In this document: in pieces, positions 37,841 through 49,723 of the stretch
How the letters are laid out: the number at the start of each line of letters is the position of its first letter
Numbering within the stretch: the stretch's first letter is position 1
DNA from: Podarcis pityusensis
Taxonomy: Eukaryota
Direction: 5' to 3' (one strand)
Length of the DNA stretch: 64,000 nt
NCBI GenBank assembly: GCA_964106645.2
Contig: OZ067043.1
The notes under the pieces: model-generated
Database searches by the model: none
What the model was told of the DNA's origin: nothing
What the model saw: the letters and a program-made list of their open reading frames with translations, nothing else
Program-made: the position numbers and the translations under genes

Positions 37841-38708
37841 GTAAGTTTCACACCGTGTGATGAAATCCACTCTGAGGTCCCGGCTAGGACCAAGGTCCTG
37901 CCAGGAGAAACACTCGCCTTGATGCCTTTTTTACCTTGAAACATATCATCCCAAGTGGAACAAGCCATTATAAATCTCATCTTAACTCCTGCTCTACAGA
38001 GCTGTTCTGCTGCTTCCTGACTGTTTACCAGTGCATTTTGGCAACTGCACACTAGATGACCAGAAGCATTCTGGAGATATTTTAATTTTCATGCAACAGC
38101 ATTATTACAACACTGATTTATTTAGAAATTTGTTGCCTGCTTTTCATTATCAAGTAATCCCCAAACTGGGGGTAATAAAACACAATCTGATTGTACAACC
38201 AATCAGAACAATGAAGCTGTCAAAACAGGCAAGAGCACAAAGATAAAAACTAAGTGCAGCGTCACATATGTAATCAATAGCCTGAGTGAATATGTTGATC
38301 CTCAACTCACTTGGCGCAAAAAGCTTATAACTTTGTGCCAACTGTCTTTAAGGTGGGAGTTCCGTGATCGAGGTGCCTCTTGAATTATACTCGATTTATT
38401 CCAATGCAAGGCATGGGCAATAAAACAGACATTGCTTTTATTTTCTATTGCTTTCATGAAGTTTCAGTAAATGACACGATGTTCTTCTAATATTTCTGTG
38501 AGCATTAGGGCTACAGCAGAGGTTTCTGGTTGTTGTTTTTAGGGCAAAGCAGAGCAGCTGCTGTTGCAGTTCGCAGCCTTTGTCCCCTTTCTCATTCTTT
38601 CACTCCTCATCTTTCTTTGCCCATACAAGAAAAGCCAGCTAAGGACAGGGAGGTTAATTTTGGGGAGCTGCCGCAGGCTGATTTTAACATGTGGCCTGTG
38701 TCTCCTAG

Positions 38709-38814
38709 GGCGACGGACACTGCTTCTGCAAGCCCAATACCTGTGGTCAGTTCTGTTCAACTTGTAAAGAAGGATACTACAACCTGGAGAGCGGGAATTA
38801 CTTCGGCTGTCAAG
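38709..38814 (+). CDS. LAMA5: LAMA5 exon ~20 (LE)
   Basis: tag|GGCGAC...CAAG|gtgtgt; 106 nt; GDGHCFCKPNTCGQFCSTCKEGYYNLESGNYFGCQ. Confidence 0.95.
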
Positions 38815-39510
38815 GTGTGTTCTTTTTTTTCTGTATCATGCTGCTATCTGTTAGCCATTGTGTGGGGACAAAAGTCACAGAGCCCATTAGCTGGAACAGT
38901 TGTCCTGTCAACATGGGAAGCAGGGTTCCGGTGCAGGGAGGACATATTAAGGGAAAGAACAGATTTACTCAAGACTTGGTCTCTGTTAGATTAAAAATAA
39001 TGATAGAGTGAATCTTTCTCTCTCCATCCTTCTGAAATTTTGACTGGCTATATGCTGTGTTGTCCTTCCTCCCAGGTATTTCTTTGCATTTTGTGGGTTG
39101 GCTTAGAAATCGTTTCCCCCTCCTTTCCAATTATTGCCAAATTTGTGCACAGCCAGTCATGCACTTCTTTTATATACAGATACATATATACACCTCCAAC
39201 CCTCATACACACCTAGCTCAAACCTCATCAAGGTAGTTAAAAAAAGGCGTGGGGGGAGGAAGATCTTGACACCTTTTAAGGAGGTCAGCTGTAGCATCAG
39301 ATCAAAGGAAAGGAAGGAGGTAAAGAAGTCTCTTTAGAGAAGATTGATGGAAAGGTTGGAGGTGCAGTCACTCAGGCTTTAAAAATCAATTTCAAAAAAG
39401 TCAAAAAGGTAGAGGAAAACGAGCAAGCCCAGATGAAAGGAGTTGAAAAAGGTTTATTGAAACAGGCATTACTGAGAGACGTTGATTAAACTGGTACCTA
39501 TTTTATGATA

Positions 39511-39686
39511 TACTGTATTTTCCGTGTATAAGACTAGGTTTCCCCCTAAAAAATAATGTCAAAAATTAGGGAGCATCTTATACACAGGGCCATCTCTCCC
39601 CCCCCCCCCATTTTCTTAAATCTGAGTCCCCCAAAATAGAGGACGTCTTATACATGGGGGCATCTTATAGACGGAAAAATACGGTA
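39511..39686. mobile_element. Tigger/pogo-like MITE
   Basis: ta-ctgtattttccgtgtataagac ... cttatagacggaaaaatacgg-ta; related to the 2441 element. Confidence 0.8.
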
Positions 39687-40167
39687 CTTTATTTTTAGAC
39701 CAAGAGAATGGAAGTTGAGCTTAGATCAAAGCCGGACACTGTATTGGGTACAGATTGCGCAGCTTCTTGATCTACAACAGAACAAAGCGTGCTAAAATTG
39801 GCTGGGTTGTTGTCCTTCATCAGTAATACAAACAGATACATCTATGGCACTGAAAGGACCGGGAGTATCCATTGCTGTCTATTTTTATTAACTATGCAAG
39901 GCTGTATCCTTGGATGAGTTAGGATTATGAGGAGTGGTCTGCAAACGGTGATGGGGAGACTGCCTGGTAGGGAAACAGCAGGCATAGCTTCTGAAATAGA
40001 ACAGGGAGGCAGTGGAAACGGATCCAGGCAAGGCCAGAAGCCAACGCGAAAGCAGATACAATGGAATAAAAATAGTGTGCCATGCCACTGCAACTCCCTT
40101 TGGTGCCAGGCTATTTGGGGCCCGTTAGCAACTGCAGAATGTAAAGACGTGTGCTTCCTATCTACAG

Positions 40168-40267
40168 GATGCCACTGTGACATCGGTGGGGCAGCCGGAC
40201 CGGCGTGTGACGAGAAGACTGGATCCTGTCGCTGCAGGCTGAATACGCAAGGCCCCACTTGCACTCA
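40168..40267 (+). CDS. LAMA5: LAMA5 exon ~21 (LE)
   Basis: cag|GATGC...ACTCA|gtaaga; 100 nt; CHCDIGGAAGPACDEKTGSCRCRLNTQGPTCT. Confidence 0.95.
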
Positions 40268-40512
40268 GTAAGAGGCTGGCTGCAGCTGTGATGGGCAAAC
40301 CTGTGGCGTTAGCTGCCTTGTTGTCTTGGGTTTCAAACCCAGCATTAGCCTTCTGTGTATTCAGTGGGTGGGGTGGAGAATGTGAATGGGTCATTTGGGG
40401 GAACAGACTAAGTGAGATGTGCATAGATGATGTAAAAGGTTCTTCACCTATGTTTGTGGTTCTGCGGGTTTTTAAGTGGGGGCAGGGGGAAGCTGACTGA
40501 AGGGGAACATGA

Positions 40513-40725
40513 TACAGTGGTACCTTGGGTCAAGAACTTAATTCATTCTGGAGGTCTGTTCTTAACCTGAAACTGTTCTTTAGCTAATGGGGCCTCCTGC
40601 TGCCACCATGCCACCACAGAGCGATTTCTGTTCTCATCCTGAAGCAAAGTTCTTAACCCGAGGTACTGTTTCTGGGTTAGTGGCGTCTGTAACCTGAAGC
40701 GTCTGTAACCCGAGGTACCACTGCA
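40513..40725. mobile_element. Tc1/mariner MITE family A
   Basis: tacagtggtaccttggg ... cccgaggtaccactgca. Confidence 0.85.
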
Positions 40726-40999
40726 CAGGTTTATAAAATTATGAAAAGAATTCCTCTCTCCCCCCCCCCCCTTCTGCCAGCAATCTTGTGAAGTTGTTTG
40801 GTTGGAGAGGTAGGGAGGGAAAATATCCTGACGGTCATCTATTCCAATCCTCTGCAATGCAGGAATGTGTCTGTGGCCTGTGTATAAAACATGAAAAGCT
40901 GCATGTCATTTATGTAATCATTCTGGGCAGATGATCGGTATTTTCTTGGGGTATGGATGCAAATGTCCTAAGCTAGAGTGACTGACTGCGTTGACTAAA

Positions 41000-41351
41000 T
41001 ACAGTGGTGCCTCGCAAGACAAAATTAATCCGTTCCGCAAGTGTCTTCGTCTAGCGGTTTTTTCGTCTTGCGAAGCAACCCTATTAGCGGATTAGCGCTA
41101 TTAGCGGTTTAGCGGCTATTAAAGGTTTATCGGCTTAACGGATTAGCTGCTAAAAGGCTATTACAGGCTTAGCGGCTTAGATAAAGGGGGGGGGGAGCGG
41201 AAAAAAAATCTCAAGACTCGCAAGACATTTTCGTCTTGCGAAGCAAGCCCATAGGGAAATTCGTCCTGCGAAGCAACTCAAAAACGGAAAACCCTTTCGT
41301 CTAGCGGGTTTTCCGTCTTGCAAGGCATTCGTCTTGCGGGGCACCACTGTA
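41000..41351. mobile_element. Tc1/mariner MITE family C
   Basis: ta-cagtggtgcctcgcaagac ... gtcttgcggggcaccactg-ta; internal (ttagcgg)-like repeats. Confidence 0.86.
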
Positions 41352-41470
41352 CTAGTTTGGGTTTTTGCTTGCTTAGTTCATCCCAGACATGTTGAAGCTG
41401 AGTCTTTCCTACATTGTGGTGCAGATGGAAACCCAGGCTGTTAAGAGTGTGCCTCACTTTTTATCTGCAG

Positions 41471-41627
41471 ACCAGCAATAGACCATTATATCCCTGACCT
41501 TCATCACCTGAAATACGAGCTGGAAGAGGGGACTACACTGGATGGACGGCCTGTTCGATTTGGCTACAACCCCTTGGAATTTGAGAATTTCAGCTGGAGA
41601 GGATATGCACAAATGTCTTCCATCCAG
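41471..41627 (+). CDS. LAMA5: LAMA5 exon ~22 (start of L4a/IVb domain)
   Basis: cag|ACCAGC...ATCCAG|gtaggc; 157 nt; [52 protein letters not shown]; ends in phase 0. Confidence 0.96.
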
Positions 41628-43481
41628 GTAGGCCTTAACTCCCCACCTCTTTCCTTGGGCAGATAGTAAAGGCAGCTTCAAATGTTATGGATTTCACAAG
41701 AGCAAAGCACTTCCACACAGAGAAAAGGATAAAAAATATATGCATGCTGAGAAGCTGCAGTCAGCTGCAGCTACTCATCATCTGTACTCCAAATGTTCCT
41801 GCAATGAAATAATGCATGATCCATGCATGAGTTTCAAGATTTTAATATGTGTAAGTGCTTGCACTATTGGAAATATGTGGTGTTTGAAGTGACTTTCAAG
41901 ACGAGAGATCTCCTATGCATTTTACCCAAAGGGACTCCTAAAAACAGACAGAGCCCAATGCAAGCAGTCGCTCCATATTTGTGTGCATATGCTTCTACAC
42001 TGAAAGCCTGTTCGTGCTAATGTGCTCTTTAGGCTTAGAAAGAGAACAGCGGGATGATAGGAGAGGTCCCAAGTCCTGGAACCGCTTCATTATGTCAGCC
42101 TTAGTTCATTTAGGGGGAGATGGCCAGGCAGGAACTATATAAGGGGACTGCCAGTTAGAAAGACAACACACAAACAGGTCTCCTAAAGGGCTATTCTCCC
42201 TCTTCCTGTTGCAACTCTGCATAACATCTCCCTGCTCCTCAAAGGAAAGGAAAACCCTCTTTGCTTTTTCCTGTGCTGCATGTGGCTTTAGTTGCTCTTT
42301 CATCTGTTGAAGAGGGTGGCTTGTTTATTTCAGGCTTTTGTATGCTTGAATGACAAGAGAATGAGACTGTAACATCTGCTGAGCTTGCTCCCACCTGAGA
42401 TGTTGTTACTCTCTGAAATCTGGAGACCTCACAGAGAGAAAGTGTTTATGTGTGGTCTGTGTGGTTCATTTGAAACTCTCTTATATGACTTTATTCTTTA
42501 GGAGAGGGTTCTTAGATTAAAGATTATTTTTGTTTTATTTCTGCCCCTTAGGAAAATGAGCTTAAGGACAGACTTTCCTTGTTCTCTTTAAATTTTTTTT
42601 TTATGGTGCCTGCTCTCTCATTCCTTGTGCCATTGTTACAGTCCCACTCTTAGCCTTTAATAGCCAGAGGCTCACAAAAGTGCTCATTCGACAATTTAGT
42701 TACTGTCTGAAAGGTGCAAATGAACCTTTGAAGGTAGTCTTTTGTCTTGCTATAGAAACCCCCAGCTTTCTTGGAGAGAGGTACATGCCTTGCTTAGCCT
42801 TCTCGGAAATGTCAGCTTGAACTGGAGCACCACAGCTAATCCGCATATTCTGTTTGCACGTGGTTAATCTGATTTGCATGGATTCTTGATGCCAGCCCAT
42901 TGGTGTGGACAACTCCCAGTCTTTCCACTTGCATTTTCCAATCAGTTAATGTCTCAAACATGGCAGTCTTTATAAATGCCAGGAGATACAAGAGCAAAAT
43001 TAATTTTAGGCTCATAATGCCCACACATTTTTTATGATGTAGTGATGATTTTGAGATTTTTGAAAGTTTGCATGCAGTCTTAATATCACAGAGAGTTGTG
43101 TGTATGTGCACATCTGCTTTCAAGAAAGATACATGCCGTGCTTCCCCCCCCCCCCCGCTAGAAAAATAGGTGCCAGAACTCACCATTAAGTTGTTACAGT
43201 AAGTGCCACACCTTTTAACCAAAAAAAGAGAGGTGCTGGTACTGCGTACTTTTGAGTACCCCCTGAATTAAAAAAACAACAACACTGGATATAGGTGTCC
43301 TTAACCACCCATTGGCATTCCTATCCACATCTTTCTCACAATCAGACTGATGTGTAAACTTTTCCCATGTTAGTGTTAGGAATTATTTGCAGGGCCACTT
43401 TTGTGATTTTTACTTGCAAAATAGGAAGCAGCCTTCCTAAGGACATCAGAGCCCTGTTGAATCAGACCCTGTGATTTTGCC

Positions 43482-43830
43482 TAAAGGTAAAGGGACCTCT
43501 GTCCATTAGGTCCAGTCGTGACTGACTCTGGGGTTGCGGCGCTCATCTCGCTTTATTGGCCGAGGGAGCCGGCGTACAGCTTCTGGGTCATGTGGCCAGC
43601 ATGACTAAGCCGCTTCTGGCGGACCAGAGCAGCGCACGGAAATGCCGTTTCCCTTCCCGCCAGAGCAATACCTATTTACTTGCACTTTGACGTGCTTTCG
43701 AACTGCTAGGTTGGCAGGAGCAAGGACTGACTGAGCAACGGGAGCTCATCCCGTTGCGGGGATTCGAACCGCCGACCTTCTGATCGGCAAGCCCTAGGCT
43801 CTGTGGTTTAACCCACAGCACCACCCGCAT
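43482..43830 (-). mobile_element. Sauria SINE
   Basis: taaaggtaaagggacc ... ttaacccacagcaccacccgc. Confidence 0.9.
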
Positions 43831-44222
43831 CTCCTCCCCCTTTAATGGCATCTAAGCGGCAGGCCATCACTGCACCTTGTGGCAATGGGTTATGAATTTT
43901 GTATGCACTCGGTGTGCTTCTCTTTAGAAGTCATCTTCTCTCGTCTCTCCCTTTTCTCCCTTCGGCTCTTGACTATGGAATGTCTGTTTCTGGCTGGATA
44001 GATAGCCTTAGTGGAATGTGCAGCGAGTGTTTCAGAGGCATCTTTCCAGGCCATCCCATTAAGAGCAGGATGGGGCTGGCTTGATTTCCTCACCTGCTTT
44101 GGCATGCTGCTTTTGGGAGCAGGAATACGGGAGTGCTGTGCTTGAGCTGGTGGCTGGTGGCAGGTGACGGTGGAGGTTTATTTAAGGTGTGCTCTGCTTC
44201 TCTCCCCTTTCTCTCCCACCAG

Positions 44223-44361
44223 CCCAAGGTAGTGGTGACCCTCAGTGTGACCTCCCCTGACCTGTTCCGCCTCGTCTTCCGCTACGTCAACCGGGGGCCT
44301 GCAAATGTGGAAGGGAGGGTCTCAGGCCTTGAGGAAGGAAAGTTTAATGTTTGTGGCAACT
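44223..44361 (+). CDS. LAMA5: LAMA5 exon ~23a (canonical, human-like)
   Basis: cag|CCCAAG...AACT|gtaagt; 139 nt, phase 0/1; [46 protein letters not shown]. Confidence 0.95.
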
Positions 44362-44662
44362 GTAAGTGCATTTTTCACTTCTAGACTAACCCCTTTCGAA
44401 AACCAGTTGATAAAGGAGCCGACCTTTGCTTTTTCTTGCAAAGCAGCGTTTTTCTTCTCCCTCCCCAAAAGCCACCACCACCACCACTCATTTCGTAGAT
44501 TTTGGATCTCCTCAAGCAGTTTGCTCTTAGGAACCACAAAGGGTGGGGAACCTAGCGAGGCAAAGAGAGAGACAGAGAGAGAGAGACAGGCAGGGCAGGT
44601 AACAGACTCGCTGTCTGCCCTGCAATGATAATGTGCCCGATGTGCTTTTTCACCTTTTGCAG

Positions 44663-44792
44663 AACAAAGTCAAAGTCACAGTGCGGGTCAGAGAAGCGGA
44701 GATCTATCTCTTCCATGTCATCTTGAGATATATTAACTCAGGAAGTGCCACTGTGTACGGCAAAATTACAGCTTATCAGCCACGAAGGAGAG
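44663..44792 (+). CDS. LAMA5: LAMA5 candidate mutually exclusive exon ~23b (tandem paralog of 23a)
   Basis: tgtgctttttcaccttttgcag|AACAAA...GGAGAG|gtaagg; 130 nt, phase 0/1, no stop; NKVKVTVRVREAEIYLFHVILRYINSGSATVYGKITAYQPRRR; shares the KVxVT...LF...RY.N.G.A.V.G pattern with 23a. Confidence 0.85.
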
Positions 44793-45337
44793 GTAAGGAC
44801 CCCAGATTTCTCTTGTCCCCCCAATTCCATAATTGATCTGTTGTCGCGGTTTCCATTCTCAAGCTGCTCTGTGTTGCTGATCAAACAAAGCATTTTCTGA
44901 AGCAACCTATTTTCATATACTGTTCTAGAATTGAGGAGAAAGCCCAATAATTGTTATGCTTTGTATTCATACCTCTCCTCACTCAGGCTTTTGCTTAAGT
45001 GTGCCTTCAAACCAGTGAACATCCTCAGCAATTCAGTTTGTTTTGTTTTCTGCAAATGCTTATTGTATATAAAACTGTGATAATTGATCATTGTGACTGG
45101 GAAAATATGATGAGGTAGGATTTTAGTGCTAAACTGTTAAGTTACAGCTTGAGTCCCATTTTTTGAGCCTGTTGACCAGAGGATGTTAAGAGGGAATTTG
45201 TTTCTCTTTGGTGTTAAACAAGGCAAAGTAACATTTAGATGGCTTTGATCCAGCAGGCTATTATTATTATGTTCTTATTTTTCTTCCAAATCATTACAAT
45301 CGTCATTCACAGTGAATTGCATTCTGAAGAGGTGAAG

Positions 45338-45601
45338 TACAGTCATACCTCCGGTTACAGACGCTTCAGGTTGCGTTTTTTCGGGTTACGGACCCGCCGA
45401 AACCCAGAAGTATCAAACGGGTTCCTTCTGAGTTTCGGGGGTCACGCATGCGCAGAAGCGCTAAATCATGCTTTGCGCATGCGCAGAAGTGCTGAATCGC
45501 AACCCGTGCATGCGCAGATGCACCGCTGTGGGTTGTGAATACTGCAGGTTGCGAACGCGCCTCCCGCACGGATCATGTTCGGAATCCAAGCGTCCACTGT
45601 A
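45338..45601 (+). mobile_element. Tc1/mariner MITE family D
   Basis: ta-cagtcatacctccggttacagacgc ... gcgtccactg-ta; inverted relative copy at 49067. Confidence 0.8.
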
Positions 45602-47001
45602 TAGGGAGAAGACTTTAAAACAAATAAAATCGTCTATGGATTGTATTCAATGCTCACAGTAGACCCATCGAAATTAATAGGCATGGCTGACTTAGTTTTA
45701 TCGATTTCAGTGGGTGTGGTCTGAGTAGAACTTAGTTGCCTGCAATCCTGATAAAACAAACAAGCTTAACTAGATCATATCCCGTATGTCTGAAAGATAA
45801 GGAAAATATTGTTTGAACCCCGTGCTTTGATTGCAGTAGCAGTCAGGAAGGATTCCACTGGCAGCCTGTGGAATGGGATGTACTAATGGGATGTAGTTTT
45901 AGTTCTTTGCTGCTTTAGCCACACTGTGGCATATATATGCAAATGTGGAATGCAAGAAAGCTGGTCAATTTTATGTCTAGCCTGGTGCATGGTAACTCTT
46001 CCAGTTCCTCAGCTCACTTTCAAATCCTCATTCATGCTGACAGCAGAGTTAACTGCAATTGCTACCGTAGTGCTAGCCTTGAAATATTATGTTTGGGCAA
46101 TGGAAGGCTTTTCTGAAAGTGGGGCGGGGAGGCAATTTTGTTAATAGAGTTCATTTTTAGCCATATAACTTTTACCTTCAGGGGTGCCGATTTTCACTTT
46201 TATTGATTCAGAAGGGGAGCAACTCTTATCTCAATAGGCGGCTGCAGTAGCTGATTTATTAAAAAGGAATTCACGATTTAGTCCGTGGAGCACTGCATTA
46301 TAGCACTGTTGCTGGCAAAGTCTGCACAGAAGTGGCATTTCCAGGCACTGTTGGGAATGTTTTCACTGAACTTAAAAGGACATTTTTATGTCATTAAAGA
46401 GGCGCTTTTTACATGCATTTATAAAACACAAGTTTATTTCATTAAAGAAATGCAGCTAACGTATTTCAATATGAAATTTATGATATTATTTCAGGAAACA
46501 TACAAATTTAACAAATAAAACATACAAATAAGTTGAGGCCCCCCACCCCCACCCCAGCGCTTCTAGAATTGAGTTTGGCCATTCTCTTGAGCGCTCAGGG
46601 ACAAGATGCACAAGTCACCAGTGCTTCCTGTTCCTTCTGTGACGTTACCACATTGGAAATTGGAAATTGTGTTGGTTCCTGAAGTGCCGACAACTTGCTC
46701 ATCTTCTGGACCTGGGTGGGGAAAATGTGAAGTTTACCTTTTGATATGATGCTATCTGAACAGGAAGCATGAGAAAGGTGTGTAACAGCAGTGATTTTGA
46801 CCAGTAGTGACTGGTCCAATTTCAGTTCACCTTCAGCCAGCCACCAACTGCCTTCTTAGTTACAACCAGAAAGGAGTGATACTGTCCGTCAGCTTCCTAT
46901 GCCTTCGTCTCTGTGTGGTCCTTGCAGAACTCAGCAGGGAAGAAGATGGGATCTGCCTATCAATCGGCTGTAGCTCCAGTTACTGTAGGGTCCCCCTGCC
47001 C

Positions 47002-47468
47002 TAGAATCATAGAATCATAGAGTTGGAAGAGACCACAAGGGCCATCGAGTCCAACTCCCTGCCAAGCAGGAAACACCATCAGAGCACTCCTGACATATGG
47101 TTGTCAAGCCTCTGCTTAAAGACCTCCAAAGAAGGAGACTCCACCACACTCCTTGGCAGCAAATTCCACTGTCGAACAGCTCTTACTGTCAGGAAGTTCT
47201 TCCTAATGTTTAGGTGGAATCTTCTTTCTTGTAGTTTGGATCCATTGTTCCGTGTCCGCTTCTCTTGAGCAGCAGAAAACAACCTTTCTCCCTCCTCTAT
47301 GTGACATCCTTTTATATATTTGAACATGGCTATCATATCACCCCTTAACCTCCTCTTCTCCAGGCTAAACATGCCCAGCTCCCTTAGCCATTCCTCATAA
47401 GGCATCGTTTCCTGGCCTTTGACCATTTTGGTTGCCCTCCTCTGGACACGTTCCAGTTTGTCAGTGTC
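47002..47468 (-). mobile_element. CR1 LINE, 5'-truncated
   Basis: Minus ORF ...LERVQRRATKMV...YEEWLRELGMFSLEKRRLRGDMI...FLTVRAVRQWNLLP; tail tagaatcatagaatcatag. Confidence 0.93.
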
Positions 47469-48639
47469 CTCTGCCCCACAAGTCCCCAAAGGCACTAATC
47501 ACCACTGCTTTCTGATAGCACCCTCAGTCTAGGCTCCTTCCATGTGGTGGTCATTCTGACAAGGTATGAGAACTGGAATGTGAACACCTCTGGGGATCAT
47601 GTGATACACGTCTGTCGCAGATAGCTTCTGTGCCTTGAAAAGAGTTAGCTTTTATGATGGAAAAGGAGAACATGTTATAAGATCTTGGGTGTTTTAGCTC
47701 TGCTGTGTTGACACACGTTTTACCGCTGATTGTTTTATTTAGTTAGTTTTGCAGTTGGTTTCATTCCTTTTGATTTTTGGGGATTTTTTTTTTAAACCTT
47801 TTATTGTTACCTGCCCAGGGGAGAATGTTAATTGGGCCATATGCTAATGATTTAAATACAATTTATCTCCATGTTTGCTGGCTGATTTGCTTTCCTTGTG
47901 GCCAGGTTGTGCAGTGTGATGTGTGTGATACACTCAGATGAAGTGGAGGATGAGTGCATGCCCCACCCCCACCCCCAAAAAGGATCCTAACTTGATTAAA
48001 AAAATCTTTTGCTTCTTGGAAATAAATGGCTTTATTCTTAAGGCTATCTGATATGATAAGGATTGTTTGTGCAAGAGACTTCACCTAAATGCATTGACTT
48101 TGCTAACAGGGACACTTATTTCTGCTAACTTGATAATCCCTTAAATTTCCCTGAATATGTTTTCATTATTGACTGTTCTTTATTAATGATACTTTAAGGA
48201 CAGCGTACAGATTGGCCTTTATCGTCTGTGCTCTTGCAGCAATCACTTCTGCTAGTATTCATTATAGGACTGCAATCACTGAGGAAAGTCAGTATCCCTT
48301 TACTCTTTTCTCCCCGTTTGCAAGATGAATATATACCACATCTCACTGTCTGTTAAGGTTGCCCTACTTTGTGGGGGGGGGGGGGAGAGAGATGGGGAGG
48401 AGATTGGACCTGGTTCTGAAGGGGTACTATCTCTTGTTCCTGTTGTATGTCTCTCTGCAAATGTTTTGTTTGTTTGTTAGATTTATACATCACAACCTTC
48501 AGCACAGCTGCTCTCAAGGCAGTTAGCAATAAGATGAAATAATACCATCAAATGGTTTAAAAATAAATAAAACAGGAAAAGAATATTGCAAACCATGCAG
48601 GCAAAACAATTGTGTGGGTCTTTCTAATGCAATCCGCGC

Positions 48640-48942
48640 CATGGCGTGTGCTCCCGTTGTCCTGCCCCAGATTCTGCCAACCTAGCATTTTGAAAGCATA
48701 CCAGTGCAAGTAGGTAAATAGGTACCGCTATGACGGGAGGGTAAACGGTGTTTTCATGCGCTCTGGCACTCGTCACTGTCCTCCGTGTACCAGAAGCAGT
48801 TTAGTCATGCTCGCCACATGACCCGGAAAGCTGTCTGTGGACAAATGCCGGCTCCCTTGGCCTGAAAAGTGAGATGAGTGCTGCACCCCACAGTCAAATT
48901 GGACTGGACTTAACTGTCCAGGGGTCCTTTACCTTTTACCTT
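48640..48942 (+). mobile_element. Diverged Sauria-like SINE
   Basis: gtgcaagtaggtaaataggtaccgc...ttagtcatgctcgccacatgacccgg...ggggtcctttaccttttaccttt; left boundary is approximate. Confidence 0.75.
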
Positions 48943-49066
48943 TACATCATTGGAAGAGTATGACCCATCCATCCAGCTTCTTTTATGTGTTGAAGGACAG
49001 CAGCAATATAAAACAATAACAAGTAAGGAGGCATCCAGGGTACAGTAAAGATTAATTTTACTCGTT

Positions 49067-49324
49067 TACAGTGGGCGCTCGGGTTGCGAACGTGATCCGT
49101 GCGGGATGCACGTTCGCAACCCACAGCGTTTGCATCCCGCAGGGGTGCATTTGCACACGTGTGGGTTGCGATTCAGCGCTTATGCGCAAAGCGCAATTTA
49201 GTGTTTCTGTGCATGCACGACTGCTGAAACCCAGAAGTAACCTGTTCCGGTACTTCCAGGTTTTGGCGGGTCCGTAACCCGAAAAATGCAACCTGAAGCG
49301 TCTGTAACCTGAGGTATGACTGTA
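49067..49324 (-). mobile_element. Tc1/mariner MITE family D
   Basis: Approximate reverse complement of 45338-45601; TA flanks. Confidence 0.8.
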
Positions 49325-49477
49325 TTTTATATTCAGTTTATTTTGTTTTGAGTGAATGTTTTTCATCGGGGGCAGCTGTAGACATTGTTGCAAAGAATTC
49401 AGTTTTCAACAATGGATACAGAACACAGTTTTCAGCTAGAAATAACAGTGGGCTCCAAACAAGCTATGCATTCCAAG

Positions 49478-49723
49478 TATAGTGGTACCTCGGGTTAAGG
49501 ACTTAATTAGTTCCGGAGGTTCGTACTTAACCTGAAACTGTTCTTAACCTGAAGCACCACTTTAGCTAATGGGGCCTCCCGCTGCGGCTGCACCACTGGA
49601 GCACGATTTCTGTTCTCATCCTGAAGCAAAGTTCTTAACCTGAAGCACTATTTCTGGGTTAGCAGAGTCTGTAACCTGAAGCGTATGTAACCTGAAGCGT
49701 ATGTAACCCGAGGTACCACTGTA
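49478..49723. mobile_element. Tc1/mariner MITE family A
   Basis: tatagtggtacctcgggtta ... taacccgaggtaccactgta. Confidence 0.87.

Noticed and set aside
44384-44662. GACTAAC as a proven distant branch point for 23b
   Set aside because: Many AG dinucleotides lie between it and the acceptor (no AG-exclusion zone); kept only as a candidate motif.
46928-47000. Possible third alternative exon after cttgcag
   Set aside because: No similarity to 23a/23b, no convincing donor site, and it abuts a CR1 insertion.
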